A stretch of 63,822 nucleotides of DNA, counting the filler. It is 6 parts of 6 records of this genome, joined end to end, with 100 filler letters (N's around TTAATTAATTAA, not from the genome) between each part and the next. Parts side by side here need not be neighbours in the genome. Positions count along the whole stretch, not along the records: positions 26,802 to 54,053 come from DRR723986_5344; 5 more parts are not named here. One strand, 5' to 3'. How positions within the stretch are numbered: position 1 is the stretch's first letter; every line of letters begins with the position of its first letter. Positions 41,487 to 52,175 of this stretch are shown here, in pieces. Under the pieces are notes generated by a model that saw only the letters and a program-made list of their open reading frames with translations, did not search any database and was not told the origin of the DNA. The translations under genes were made by a program, and so were the position numbers.

Positions 41487-41945
41487 GTGACCCAAAATAC
41501 CGAGTACCAACTGGCGCAGTTGAATGTTGCCGAGTTTTTAACCTCGCGCGATGCACCTGAAGTGACAGACTTTATTCATGCGCTAGACGAGATAAACACG
41601 CTAGCTGACGAGGCAGATGGGTTTGTTTGGCGGTTGCAAGACGAGGTGGGTGACGCAATGAGTTTTACACCCTTTGGCGACAATATGATTGTGAATATGT
41701 CGGTGTGGCGTGACCGGGAAAGCCTGTTTGACTATACTTACAAGAGTGCCCATGCGGGCATTATGGCACGGCGTAAAGAGTGGTTTAAAATGCCCAGCGG
41801 TAACCACATGGTTTTATGGTGGGTGCCTGCCGGGCATATCCCAACCTTGGATGAAGCAGCAGACCGGCTCGCCATTTTGCGGGAGGAGGGGCCTTCACCG
41901 CTGGCCTTTACCTTTAAGCAGCATTTCGACCCGTTGGGGTTTTAA
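41487..41945 (+). CDS. DUF3291 domain protein
   Basis: LAQLNVA...GFVWRL...NMSVW...RRKEWF...VLWWVPAGH..P...GPSPLAFTF. Confidence 0.9.
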   Translation: MTQNTEYQLAQLNVAEFLTSRDAPEVTDFIHALDEINTLADEADGFVWRLQDEVGDAMSFTPFGDNMIVNMSVWRDRESLFDYTYKSAHAGIMARRKEWFKMPSGNHMVLWWVPAGHIPTLDEAADRLAILREEGPSPLAFTFKQHFDPLGF

Positions 41946-41953
41946 GCTGAATG

Positions 41954-43900
41954 TTAAAGGCTTTCTGAAATGCCTTTTGGGTCTGCATCTCCTGCAACCC
42001 ACATAAGGGTATAAAGCAAGCGCAGGCCGCGTGTAGCAGTGGTCTCATTACGGAAGAAATAATCGTTTTTTTTGAGGCTGCTCATCAGTTGCTTTCGGTT
42101 TATATAATGCCAAACTTCATGATTTTTAGGAATGGCTTCTGCCTTTTTCTTAAAGTGATTTATTAGAAAATAAAGTGTTGTTGCTTGCCTGCCGTAATGC
42201 GCTGGCGGTTTGTCTTGTGATGGCATTTTGGGGGCACTGCCCGTGCGCGATTGAACGGTCGACAAAGGCGTGATTTTAGCAGGCCTGAATACGAGCGATC
42301 GTTCGCTTACCTTCAGGCGTTTCGCCAAGGCTTTTCGCATGGGTTTATTGAGCGATTGCGGAGCATAGGGCATTGACAGCATTTCTGCACCGCCAAGACG
42401 TTCGATCAAATCGAACGCCAGTTTCCCTTCGGCACGTTCATTCATGGGCAGTGCATTTGCCGCAGCGATAAGCACGGGGTCAAACAAGGGTTCAAAAGCA
42501 CCGTATGACTGGTTCAAGCCTTGCGACATGAAACCAAAGTGTCGGCGGCTTCTGTCATGGAGGTAAAAATCCATGCCGATTGTATCGGTTGAGGTACTGC
42601 CTTCAACCATGGTGCCCAAAACACTTTTCGTGCCGCTGGCCAAAAAATCACGCGTGAAAAAACGATGGTAACTGGCGGGTGCTTCGCAGTAACGCATGGC
42701 CCATGGTAGGGCGGCGCGAATTGTTTTGTCACTGAGACCGCGCCAATAAGCGCTTAATATCAGAAGATACACGGGGTCATTTCTAGATATTTTCTTCAGA
42801 GCATCGATTGGTTTGTGCCAGAAAAGCGCGTTTTTGGGTGGCTCAACAAAAGATCGAAGCATTTCACCGCCGCCGCCGCGTATTCTGATAAAATTTTCCA
42901 GACGCTGTGTGCCAAGGCTGTAGGCAAAGTTGTTGGAACACCCTTGCTGGCGAAAAACAGCGCGCCGCGCCATATCTATAGGCGAAACAGGTGCCTTATT
43001 GAAATTGCCGGGGAAAGCAGTGGCATTGGCATCAAGCTTTTTACCAAGAGCGTAGGCGGCGCATTTGTCTGCACTTTTATCGCTGCCACCGCAAAAAATT
43101 GTTGGCTCTTTCACACCGGCTGCAATGGCGGCTGAAAAGACCACACGGCTATCAATACCGCCAGTGAGGTCAAACAAGATGTCGCTGTCTCTGAATGTGC
43201 GGGAGACAGCGCTAATGCTACCAGTTAACCGGTTTGCGGCCGTGTTTAGCAGGGTTTTATAGGTTTCATTGGCGTAATCCGGTGTGCTTGCCTTTACAAA
43301 ACGCCAGTTTTGCCCGGCGCATGTGATCATGTAGCCCGTGGGCATAAATGATATTTCATTGTAACCTGTTCTGTCACCACCGCCGACGCCGAAGGCTGCC
43401 TCATAGGCACCCGCTTTAGCTGAGCGGGTGAGTGTGTACCCCAACGCCGCAGCCGCGACCTCTATCAGGTAACAATTAGTGCTCGCCAGCAATGTCTCGC
43501 CGATTATGCATACGTAAAGCGGATACTGGGAAAGAGGGTCCAGGCAAAGTGTGTAGGCTTTTACATTTGGGTTAAAGCGCAATAGGGCGAAAATACCGCG
43601 CATATCGCTTGGTTGGTCTGACCCCAAGCAGCTATTGATGTAATTTTCAGCGCTGTTACCGGGGAAAGTGCTGGGAATAGCCGATGAAAATGCATGCTTG
43701 CCTGAGATACCGTGCCCATCCCAGCAAAGGGCTGAATTTTCAATGCGTTCGCCGCTGGGGGCCGCAATCAATGATCCGCCCAAATTGACAAATTGCAGGG
43801 GCCCATCAACGCCCGCCAAGCGGGGGGCTTCGGTTAGCGCGGCGGTAATATCTGCGGCTTTCGCAGCCACTTCCGCCGAGGATGCAACAAAAAACTCCAC
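41954..43900 (-). CDS. Asparagine-synthetase-like ATP-dependent amide ligase fold protein
   Basis: PP-loop DLTGGIDSR, GGGGEMLR, EPLFD; N-terminal RGIFAL...DPLSQYPLY resembles a degenerate Ntn domain. Confidence 0.65.
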   Translation of the reverse strand: MEFFVASSAEVAAKAADITAALTEAPRLAGVDGPLQFVNLGGSLIAAPSGERIENSALCWDGHGISGKHAFSSAIPSTFPGNSAENYINSCLGSDQPSDMRGIFALLRFNPNVKAYTLCLDPLSQYPLYVCIIGETLLASTNCYLIEVAAAALGYTLTRSAKAGAYEAAFGVGGGDRTGYNEISFMPTGYMITCAGQNWRFVKASTPDYANETYKTLLNTAANRLTGSISAVSRTFRDSDILFDLTGGIDSRVVFSAAIAAGVKEPTIFCGGSDKSADKCAAYALGKKLDANATAFPGNFNKAPVSPIDMARRAVFRQQGCSNNFAYSLGTQRLENFIRIRGGGGEMLRSFVEPPKNALFWHKPIDALKKISRNDPVYLLILSAYWRGLSDKTIRAALPWAMRYCEAPASYHRFFTRDFLASGTKSVLGTMVEGSTSTDTIGMDFYLHDRSRRHFGFMSQGLNQSYGAFEPLFDPVLIAAANALPMNERAEGKLAFDLIERLGGAEMLSMPYAPQSLNKPMRKALAKRLKVSERSLVFRPAKITPLSTVQSRTGSAPKMPSQDKPPAHYGRQATTLYFLINHFKKKAEAIPKNHEVWHYINRKQLMSSLKKNDYFFRNETTATRGLRLLYTLMWVAGDADPKGISESL

Positions 43901-44001
43901 TTAAATTCCTAAAATTACTGGCACCAAGCTTTGTGTTTTTCTGCTTTCATATAAATGCTCTAGAAGGCATCCAAACTGTATGAGTAAGCGTAAAACATCC
44001 C

Positions 44002-44730
44002 ATGGAAACAAACAATAAATCTGTTGCGATTATCTGGGGCGCTGGCGGCATTGGAACAGCGCTTGCTCGCCGGATTCGCATATCGGGCAAATACGACCAA
44101 GTGGTTTTAGTGTCTAGGCGAACCAATATGCCTGATATCGAGGGCATATACTCCCTAAAGGCTGACATGCTGGATGAAGCCTCGCTTAAGGCTGCGTTTA
44201 ATACGCTAGCTGACATAGGTACAATCCGCCTTTTGGTGATAGCGACAGGCATATTACACGACGAAAGTTTAGAGCCGGAAAAAACAACCCGGCATCTTTC
44301 CTTGGAGACATTTCAGAAAATACTAACGGTTAATACCGTCGGCCCCGCATTGATTGCAAAACACTTTGCGCCTTACGTGCCGCGAAAAGACCGGGTGGTG
44401 TTCGCCGCACTATCGGCACGGGTTGGTAGTATTTCTGATAATAAGCTTGGGGGCTGGTATTCTTACCGCACATCGAAAGCTGGGTTGAATATGCTGATAA
44501 AAACAGTGTCGATTGAATGGCAAAGGCGTAATCCAAACATGGTTTGTCTTGGCCTTCATCCTGGTACGGTGGACACAGGACTGTCTGCACCTTTCCAAAA
44601 AGCTGTGAAGCCAGAAAAGCTTTTCACCCCGGATTATGCCGCCGAAAAGCTTCTGGATGTTTTGGAATCGAAAAACTCGGACGAAACGGGTTTTGTATTT
44701 GCATTTGATGGGACTAAAGTACCAGAATAA
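44002..44730 (+). CDS. Short-chain dehydrogenase/reductase, CsgA (C-factor)-like
   Basis: GAGGIG, SARVGSISDNKLGGWYSYRTSK, HPGTVDT. Confidence 0.92.
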   Translation: METNNKSVAIIWGAGGIGTALARRIRISGKYDQVVLVSRRTNMPDIEGIYSLKADMLDEASLKAAFNTLADIGTIRLLVIATGILHDESLEPEKTTRHLSLETFQKILTVNTVGPALIAKHFAPYVPRKDRVVFAALSARVGSISDNKLGGWYSYRTSKAGLNMLIKTVSIEWQRRNPNMVCLGLHPGTVDTGLSAPFQKAVKPEKLFTPDYAAEKLLDVLESKNSDETGFVFAFDGTKVPE

Positions 44731-44836
44731 TGTAAACCATGGTTCACTCTTCAATTTATGAAGAGATTTAAGTTTTAGGCGAAACCGGGCAGGGCGGTTT
44801 TGCCGATTACAGTAAACATATGATCAGGAGGGCTAT

Positions 44837-45754
44837 ATGATCAAAACACTTCGCGGCGCACTTCTTAGTACAGCAATCTTTTTAGTTGCAGGTTGTGAAA
44901 ACCAAACCTCAACACCCACGGAAGCGCCAACAGGTGTTGATGCTTCCGTTACTGAAGACTCTGGCGTTAATGCTTCGGCAAAATTAGACGCCGTGTTGGC
45001 GGCTCAGTCTGCTGAGGTTCAGGCGCGCTATCAGTACCGCCACCCGAAAGAGACTTTGGAGTTTCTGGGTGTTGAACCCGGCATGGTGGTCGCTGACACG
45101 CTTGCAGGCAGTTATTATAGCAAAATTTTACTTCCATATCTTGGCGATGAAGGTGGTTTGATTGGTGTCTCCTATTCAATGGCTCACCGGGCAATTGACC
45201 ATGCCGACAACGCGGAAAGAATGGCGCGGTATCAGGCTTGGCCTACAAGATATGTTGAAGAAGCAACCGAATGGCGCGGTGAAGGTAAGACCGATGTCGG
45301 CGCATTTTTGTTCACAGAAATGCCGGAAGAAGTGAAGGGCACTGTTGATGTGTTTCTTTTGTTCCGGGCAATGCACCATTTGAACAAGTATGAAGATAAA
45401 ATTGGAACCCGCACTCAGGCGCTGTCTGACATATATGCGGCATTAAAGCCGGGTGGTATTGTTGGGATTGTGCAGCACCGCGCCCCCGCTGATAGTGACG
45501 ATGAATGGGCAAAAGGTTTTAACGGGTATATCAAACAGGCACCGCTTATTGAGGCTGTAACGGCCGCAGGCTTTGAGTTTTTGGGTGCGAGCGAAATTAA
45601 TGCCAACCCGAAAGACCAGCCGGTTGAGGGTGACTATGTATGGCGGTTGCCTCCTAGTCTTACTGGTAGTGAAGAAGGCTCTGAGAAGCGCGCTCAAATG
45701 GAAGCCATTGGCGAGTCTGACCGCATGACATTGAAGTTTCGCAAGCCAGAGTAA
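44837..45754 (+). CDS. Lipoprotein of COG4798-like SAM-methyltransferase fold
   Basis: Lipobox VAGC; YRHPKETLEFLG, LKPGG, SEINANPKD, VWRLPP, IGESDRMTLKFRKP. Confidence 0.88.
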   Translation: MIKTLRGALLSTAIFLVAGCENQTSTPTEAPTGVDASVTEDSGVNASAKLDAVLAAQSAEVQARYQYRHPKETLEFLGVEPGMVVADTLAGSYYSKILLPYLGDEGGLIGVSYSMAHRAIDHADNAERMARYQAWPTRYVEEATEWRGEGKTDVGAFLFTEMPEEVKGTVDVFLLFRAMHHLNKYEDKIGTRTQALSDIYAALKPGGIVGIVQHRAPADSDDEWAKGFNGYIKQAPLIEAVTAAGFEFLGASEINANPKDQPVEGDYVWRLPPSLTGSEEGSEKRAQMEAIGESDRMTLKFRKPE

Positions 45755-45777
45755 ATTTGGTTGTGCAGATGAGCGAG

Positions 45778-45807
45778 AGGCGGTTGCGGTTGCAGCCGCC
45801 TTTTTTT
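45778..45807 (+). terminator. Intrinsic terminator
   Basis: AGGCGGTTGC-GGTT-GCAGCCGCCT followed by a T-run. Confidence 0.85.
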
Positions 45808-45818
45808 GTGGGTGAATG

Positions 45819-46265
45819 TTAAATCCAGCGACGCACGCGCTGTGCGTAGTCTGTGAATTGGTCACTAAAAACTTTTTTCATTTTAGCCTCTTCAAACGGT
45901 ATGTACCACCAGTTTGCCACACAAAAAAACAAGAGAACAAACGCCAGACTTTCCGCCGTGCCAAGACGAATTGCGCTGCCAATCAGCACCAAAAGCATGC
46001 CTAGATACATGGGGTTCCGGGAAAAACGGAAAGGACCCTCGGTTACCATTTTCTCGGGACTTTTATAGGGGATGATATTGGTCTCTATGCGCTTGAAAAT
46101 TTGCGCGCTCCACACTGGCAGCGCAATACCGACCGCTATAATCAGGAAGCCAATACTTTTCATACCGCCGGCAATAAGAGGCGTTGTGTAACCAGCTTTT
46201 TTGAGCGAAATCATACCGATAAGGCACAACAGTAACAGGATGGGCGGCAGGATTATTTTTCTCAT
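45819..46265 (-). CDS. Isoprenylcysteine carboxyl methyltransferase/PEMT family membrane protein
   Basis: VTEGPFRFSRNPMYLG...EE...Y...VRRWI. Confidence 0.9.
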   Translation of the reverse strand: MRKIILPPILLLLCLIGMISLKKAGYTTPLIAGGMKSIGFLIIAVGIALPVWSAQIFKRIETNIIPYKSPEKMVTEGPFRFSRNPMYLGMLLVLIGSAIRLGTAESLAFVLLFFCVANWWYIPFEEAKMKKVFSDQFTDYAQRVRRWI

Positions 46266-46497
46266 TTTGCTTTCCTCATTTTATTTTCCTTATGCTGTCA
46301 AATTATGAGTTCAAAATACGATATGACACTAACAGTGCATGCGTCCAGTTTGTATATTTGTGAGTGCAAGCACACAGTTCAGCGGCAGCATGGCACACTT
46401 CAACGAATTGTGACTAGACAGTAAGGTGGCACACTTTAAGGTCTTTGCAATAAAGAAGAGCGCGGTGCGCGGCTTTGAAAAAGCAGGGAGTCTTCAC

Positions 46498-47271
46498 ATG
46501 ACAAAATATTTTCAATCAATCATCGGCACTATGGTTTTCGGGGTGGTGCTCGTAATCAGCTTTGTTTTTGCGCCGATGGCAAACGCAGACCATCACGGCA
46601 AAATTAAAGCTGCGATAGCACATCCGGACCGCCCGGACGGCGAAGTTGCTCGTGATGAAAATCGTAAACCATATGATGTGCTTTTGTTTGCAGGTATTCG
46701 CCCCGGTGACACTGTGCTGGACCTAAATTCTGGTGCTGGGTATTACAGCGAAATTCTATCCCATTTCGTTGGGGGCGAAGGCAAAGTATATGCTCATAAT
46801 GGTTCTGTATATTGGGCATTTATGCAAAAAACCGTTCCGGCTCGTTTTACCGAACGTTTAACAAATGTTGTCCCGATAAATGTTGAAAGCGAAGCCATTG
46901 ACGTGCCAGCGGGTAGTGTGGATGCAGCTATGTCAGCTCTTGCTTACCATGACTATTTTATGGAGCATGAAGCTCGATCTGCCCCCGAAGATATACCCGC
47001 AATATTGGCATCAATTTATGCGGCGTTAAAACCTGGCGGTACTTATGTGGTTATTGACCATGAAGGTCCAGCGGGGTCTGACGGTGAACTTGCTGGAAAA
47101 TTACACAGAATTAATCCGGAGTTTGTAAAAAGGCAGGTTCTTGCAGCAGGTTTTAAACTGGAAGCAGAAAGCGACCTCCTCGCTAATCCTGAAGATGACA
47201 ACACAAAGTCACCTTTTCATCCGGATGTTCGCGGCAAAACCAATCGCTTTATCCTTAAATTTGTGAAGTAA
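46498..47271 (+). CDS. Exported COG4798-like SAM-methyltransferase-fold protein
   Basis: Signal peptide; ARDENRKP...GAGYYSE, YHD, LKPGG, LHRI, LANPED, RGKTNRF. Confidence 0.88.
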   Translation: MTKYFQSIIGTMVFGVVLVISFVFAPMANADHHGKIKAAIAHPDRPDGEVARDENRKPYDVLLFAGIRPGDTVLDLNSGAGYYSEILSHFVGGEGKVYAHNGSVYWAFMQKTVPARFTERLTNVVPINVESEAIDVPAGSVDAAMSALAYHDYFMEHEARSAPEDIPAILASIYAALKPGGTYVVIDHEGPAGSDGELAGKLHRINPEFVKRQVLAAGFKLEAESDLLANPEDDNTKSPFHPDVRGKTNRFILKFVK

Positions 47272-47357
47272 AGTTTCGGGCGGTTTGAGTTTTCTCTTAC
47301 CGCCTAAGCCCTCAAAGCCTATAGTGATGGCACCGCAAGGGTTTTGAAGGTGGTTAT

Positions 47358-48824
47358 ATGAAGATATCTGTGCATTCCCGGTGGCTGTGCGCTTGTTTGG
47401 TGTTGCTTCTTACGGCGTGTGCTTCTGGCAACAAAGGTGCTGATTTAGATCGTATTTATAGCCAAACGGCCCAGGATGATCGACCAGACAGGAACCCAGT
47501 CATTGTCATTCCTGGCATTTTAGGTTCTCGCCTTAAAGATACAGACACAGATACTACCGTTTGGGGCGCGTTTGTTGGCGGCGCCGCAGACCCACAAAAT
47601 GCAGACGGCGCACGCCTTATCTCATTGCCTATTGCTGAAGGTCAGCCCTTATCCCAGCTGCAAGACCATGTTGTGCCTGACGGCGTTATGGAAGCCATAA
47701 AGGTTGAAATTCTTGGTATTCCGATAGAGTTAAAAGCCTACGCTGCGATTATGTCGACACTTGGCGCAGGTGGCTACAGAGACCAGTCTTTGGGCCTTGC
47801 GGGGGCTATTAATTACGGCACAGACCACTATACATGCTTTCAGTATGCGTTTGATTGGCGCCGTAGTAATGCAGAAAATGCGGCTGTGCTGTTTCAGTTT
47901 ATTAAAGAACAGCACGCTAAGGTTCAAGCGGAGCATGAAAAGCGGTTTGGCATTAAAAATGCCAAGGTAAAATTTGATATTGTTGCGCACTCCATGGGGG
48001 GATTTGTGACGCGCTATATGCTCCGGTACGGTGACCAGCCTTTGCCTTCAGATGGTAGCTTGCCAGAACTAACGTGGGCCGGTGCAAAATATGTTAGCCG
48101 AGTTGTGCTGGTGGGCACACCGAACGCTGGGTCAGCAGATGCCCTTGTTGACCTTGTTGAAGGGCGCGACATTGGCATGCCGTTTCTGCCCTATTACCAA
48201 CCCGCTTTGATGGGGACATTCCCGGCAGTATATGAACTGCTGCCCAGGGCGCGGCATGGCCATGTTATTTTTGACGCTGACAAAAGCCGACCTGTTGAGG
48301 ATCTTTATGACCCTGAGCTTTGGGTGCGTATGGGCTGGGGGTTAGCCGACCCGGATGAAGATAAAGTGCTGGTAGATTTATTGCCAAATATTGAGACAGC
48401 ACAAGAACGGCGCCGGATTGCACTTGATTTACAGGCGCGTATTCTTCGTAACACTAAAGCTTTTGCTGCTGCACTTGACCGGCCAGCGTATTTGCCGCCG
48501 GGCATGGAAATGATTTTAGTTGCGGGTGATGCCACACCAACAAAGAAGATTATTTCGGTCAATAGCCAAACCGGTGAGCTAACTGTTTTAGAGCAAGGGA
48601 TTGGCGACGGTACGGTATTAAGGACAAGTGTGTTGCTTGATGAACGGGAAGGCAGCGAATGGCATGCAAAGGTTCAATCGCCTATTGATTATACGTCTGC
48701 GATGTTTTTACCAGAAAACCATTTGGGCCTTACCAGTTCAAATACCTTTCGGGACAATGTATTGTATTGGCTTCTTGAAGCGCCTGACCCACATGCCCCA
48801 CTGCCGGAAAAGTCGGGCAATTAG
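47358..48824 (+). CDS. LCAT-like lipase/acyltransferase lipoprotein
   Basis: Lipobox LTAC; PVIVIPGILGS, FDWR, AHSMGG, GTPNAGS, GDGTV. Confidence 0.88.
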   Translation: MKISVHSRWLCACLVLLLTACASGNKGADLDRIYSQTAQDDRPDRNPVIVIPGILGSRLKDTDTDTTVWGAFVGGAADPQNADGARLISLPIAEGQPLSQLQDHVVPDGVMEAIKVEILGIPIELKAYAAIMSTLGAGGYRDQSLGLAGAINYGTDHYTCFQYAFDWRRSNAENAAVLFQFIKEQHAKVQAEHEKRFGIKNAKVKFDIVAHSMGGFVTRYMLRYGDQPLPSDGSLPELTWAGAKYVSRVVLVGTPNAGSADALVDLVEGRDIGMPFLPYYQPALMGTFPAVYELLPRARHGHVIFDADKSRPVEDLYDPELWVRMGWGLADPDEDKVLVDLLPNIETAQERRRIALDLQARILRNTKAFAAALDRPAYLPPGMEMILVAGDATPTKKIISVNSQTGELTVLEQGIGDGTVLRTSVLLDEREGSEWHAKVQSPIDYTSAMFLPENHLGLTSSNTFRDNVLYWLLEAPDPHAPLPEKSGN

Positions 48825-48849
48825 GCAATATAGAGGTCGGTGGCCTTGC

Positions 48850-49908
48850 CTAAGGGCAGGGCATAGGAAACTCAGTTTCAATTTTATTGATTTCTTTGAT
48901 CAGCTCTTTCGGCAGTACCATATCGTGCGTATCCAGCGCCGTTTTAAGCTGCTTAGGGGTGGTTGCGCCTATAATATTCGAAGTAACAAATGGCTGCGTG
49001 TTGACAAAGGCATTAGCCATTTGCGCAGGGTCGTAGCCGTTATCGCGCGCCAGTGCGACGTATCTTTCCATGGCCGCTTCACCGTTTGTATTTAAATACC
49101 GACCAAATGTGCTGGGAAACAGGGTGAACCTGCCGCCTTCGGGGCGTGCGCCGTTACTGTATTTTCCGGTTAAAAAGCCGGAGGCGAGAGGTGAATACGC
49201 AAGCAAGCCGCAGTCTTCACGAAGGCTGATTTCTGAAAGGCCTATCTCGTAAGAGCGGTTGAGCAGGTTATAAGGGTTTTGCACGCTGGCCACACGTGGC
49301 ACGCCTATTGTTTCGGACAAGTTTATTGCGTGCGAGACCCCCCATGAAGATTCGTTTGATAAACCAACCGCGCGCACTTTTCCGGCAGTAACCAGCTCCT
49401 GCATGGCGGAAAGAGTTTCTTCAAGCGGTACTGATGTATCTTCTGGGGCAGGGCGATATCTAAGCGCCCCGAAAAAATTTGTACGCCTGCTTGGCCAGTG
49501 AACCTGAAATAGGTCTATATAATCAGTACCTAACCGCTTCAAGCTGGCATTACAGGCTTCAATTACTGACTTTCTATCTAAATCATTGCGGCCATTTCGG
49601 TGGAGATGAGGCCGGATATACTTGAGGCTTGGAAGGGGCCCTGCTACTTTGCTAGCAAGAACAATATCTTTACGCTGGCCAGTTTTTTTCAGCCAGCTAC
49701 CAATAATTTCTTCTGTTCGACCATATGTTTCTTCGCGAGCCGGTACAGAATACATTTCAGCGGTGTCGAGGAAATTAACGCCATGATCAAGAGCCATCTC
49801 TATTTGGTCATGGCCTTCTTGTTCAGTATTTTGTTGGCCCCATGTCATGGTGCCCAAACAAATTTTACTGACGTTGATGTCAGTGCGGCCCAAACGGCGC
49901 ATTTCCAT
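48850..49908 (-). CDS. tas: NADP(H)-dependent aldo-keto reductase, Tas-like
   Basis: CLGTMTWGQQN, DTAEMY, QVHWP, GLSNE, QNPYNLLNR, LAYSPLA. Confidence 0.9.
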   Translation of the reverse strand: MEMRRLGRTDINVSKICLGTMTWGQQNTEQEGHDQIEMALDHGVNFLDTAEMYSVPAREETYGRTEEIIGSWLKKTGQRKDIVLASKVAGPLPSLKYIRPHLHRNGRNDLDRKSVIEACNASLKRLGTDYIDLFQVHWPSRRTNFFGALRYRPAPEDTSVPLEETLSAMQELVTAGKVRAVGLSNESSWGVSHAINLSETIGVPRVASVQNPYNLLNRSYEIGLSEISLREDCGLLAYSPLASGFLTGKYSNGARPEGGRFTLFPSTFGRYLNTNGEAAMERYVALARDNGYDPAQMANAFVNTQPFVTSNIIGATTPKQLKTALDTHDMVLPKELIKEINKIETEFPMPCP

Positions 49909-49951
49909 GAAATTATATTCCTAGATTATCAGGGGGAAACCAAGCAAAAGT

Positions 49952-50284
49952 CTACTGCTTGGTTAGGCCGTTATCCGCAAAAAGCTGTTGTAATTCACCG
50001 CTTTCAAACATTTCTTTTACGATATCGCAGCCACCAACAAATTCACCTTTTACATAGAGTTGAGGAATGGTTGGCCAGTCAGAGTATGCTTTGATGCCAT
50101 CACGAATTTCCATGTCTTCCAAAACGTTATATGTTTCAAAGTCAACGCCAACATGCTGCAAAACTTGGGAGACAACGCTAGAAAAGCCGCACTGCGGGAA
50201 AATGGGCGTGCCTTTCATGAAAAGCACAACGTCATCTTTGCTTACATAGTCATTAATGCGGTCGAAAACGGGGTTATCACTCAT
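49952..50284 (-). CDS. grxD: Monothiol glutaredoxin Grx4
   Basis: [25 protein letters not shown]. Confidence 0.97.
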   Translation of the reverse strand: MSDNPVFDRINDYVSKDDVVLFMKGTPIFPQCGFSSVVSQVLQHVGVDFETYNVLEDMEIRDGIKAYSDWPTIPQLYVKGEFVGGCDIVKEMFESGELQQLFADNGLTKQ

Positions 50285-50429
50285 TAATTTGATCCTGATT
50301 TTGATTAATGTTTTTTTATTAGATAATGCGCATCAAGGCGTGTGCCAAGGGGAAAGCATCAATTATGACTGAAATTGTCTTAATTACCTACTGAGTTTGG
50401 ACAAACCGATGTGTTCTGAATTGGCAAGG

Positions 50430-50663
50430 TTAATCAGGAACACTTGTTTGCAACGCCAAAGCATGTAACTCGCCGCCCATTCGGCCTTTCAGGCTTTTAT
50501 AAACCATTTGATGTTGTTTAATGCGGGAAATACCTCGAAACCCTTCGTATATTACATGAGCTGCGTAATGGTCGCCGTCCCCTCTCAGGTCTTCGATTTG
50601 TACATGGGCACCAGGCAAATCTTCTTTAATAAGCTTTTCTATTTCATCCGCGATCATGGCCAT
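50430..50663 (-). CDS. BolA/IbaG family protein
   Basis: DLRGDGDHY...QHQMVY...LHALAL; upstream of grxD. Confidence 0.93.
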   Translation of the reverse strand: MAMIADEIEKLIKEDLPGAHVQIEDLRGDGDHYAAHVIYEGFRGISRIKQHQMVYKSLKGRMGGELHALALQTSVPD

Positions 50664-50865
50664 TGAAGTCCCCTATCTATAATGCGCCGTTTGCAGGCGA
50701 CAACTTAGAAAGTGAGTATCTATGAAAATACAAAAATGCTCAACTAATATTGGTTTAATGCCCTATAAAAAGTTCCATTAAGGGGTTAGTTGTGTTTGGA
50801 AACTAACAAACCTGATGCGTTGCTTTTTCTCTTTGAATTCCGTACTTTACCAACCTGTTGGATAA

Positions 50866-52131
50866 ATGGACCCAAATCAGATGACACCCAAGGAAAATGG
50901 AGACGCCGATAAGACGGCAAACATACGCTGTCTTATTGTGGCAACCCATTATTGTCCGCTTATTGGGGGGGCTCAAACGGTTTATGATGCGCTTGCCCGT
51001 TGTGCACCTGATCAGTTTCATATTTTGACCAGCAAACGTGACTATCTAAACGGTAATATTGTTGCTGACCATACGTCATTTGATAAGATGGCCCCTTATA
51101 AAATTACGAGGCTTGATCGGGTTCGACCAGACTTTGACGCGGGTAAGTCCAGCCTGTTTGCGAAAATATTTGCGACAGCTCAGGGTTGGCTGCTTAACAG
51201 AGAGCTCCTTAAGCAGATTAAGGCTATATGCCAAAACGAAACCATAGATTCAATCTGGGTTGGGGCAGGTGAAGCTGTTATGTGGTTGCCGCCGGCGCTG
51301 AAGCGCCATACAGATAAGAAGGTCATCGTTTTTGCGCACGGCGAAGAGCTTTCACAGCTAGCGCATTCAAAATCAGCAGAGAAAAATCGCCGACAGGCCC
51401 TTCATGCCGCTGACGGTGTTATTGGTGTTAGCCATTACACAACGGATTTGCTGGTGCAAAAATATGGGGTTGATAAGACCAAGGTGTTTTTAAGCACAAA
51501 TGGCGTAGATCTGGATAAATTTTCAGGCATTGTTTCAGCAGATGCGAAAGAAAGATTAAATCTTCCCGAAGGCCCTATAGTGTTTTCATGTGGCCGGCTT
51601 GTTGCACGTAAAGGCTTTGATAAACTTATCGCTGCTTGGCCGGGTATTTTAAGAAATGTACCGGGAGCAACTTTGTTGATTGGTGGCAATGGCCCCATGG
51701 AGGCAGATTTGAAGCAGCAGGTGCTTGATCTTGGTTTAAGCTCCTCTGTTCGATTTTTAGGCAACATCAACCCTGCAGATTTGGCCGACTACTACGGTGT
51801 AGCATCGGTTTTTGCTATGCCAAACCGAACTATGCCTGATGGTGACACCGAAGGATTTGGACTGGTCTTTCTAGAAGCCAGTGCCATGGGTACGGCATCA
51901 ATTGCGGGCCGTGCAGGGGGAACATCTGATGCTATTAAAGATGGTAAAACCGGTATTCTGGTCGATGGAAACGCTCGTTTAGACATTGAAGCAGCTGTAG
52001 TAAAATTATTGAGTGACGCTGAAATGCGAGATCAAATGTCTGACGCGGCCCAGGCTTTTGCAAGAACTCAGGGATGGCACAAAAAACTTGCAGGCCTAAT
52101 GGCTTTCATGAATATGAATAATGTCGGCTGA
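50866..52131 (+). CDS. Glycosyltransferase family 4 (PimB-like)
   Basis: GGAQ, GRLVARKG, EGFGLVFLEA. Confidence 0.93.
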   Translation: MDPNQMTPKENGDADKTANIRCLIVATHYCPLIGGAQTVYDALARCAPDQFHILTSKRDYLNGNIVADHTSFDKMAPYKITRLDRVRPDFDAGKSSLFAKIFATAQGWLLNRELLKQIKAICQNETIDSIWVGAGEAVMWLPPALKRHTDKKVIVFAHGEELSQLAHSKSAEKNRRQALHAADGVIGVSHYTTDLLVQKYGVDKTKVFLSTNGVDLDKFSGIVSADAKERLNLPEGPIVFSCGRLVARKGFDKLIAAWPGILRNVPGATLLIGGNGPMEADLKQQVLDLGLSSSVRFLGNINPADLADYYGVASVFAMPNRTMPDGDTEGFGLVFLEASAMGTASIAGRAGGTSDAIKDGKTGILVDGNARLDIEAAVVKLLSDAEMRDQMSDAAQAFARTQGWHKKLAGLMAFMNMNNVG

Positions 52132-52175
52132 ATGACAACGAGTGTTTTTTTCGTCGTCTCAGGGAGCGCTATGCT

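Noticed and set aside
46391-46445. Sigma-54 promoter
   Set aside because: TGGCAC present but no TTGC at the required -12 spacing
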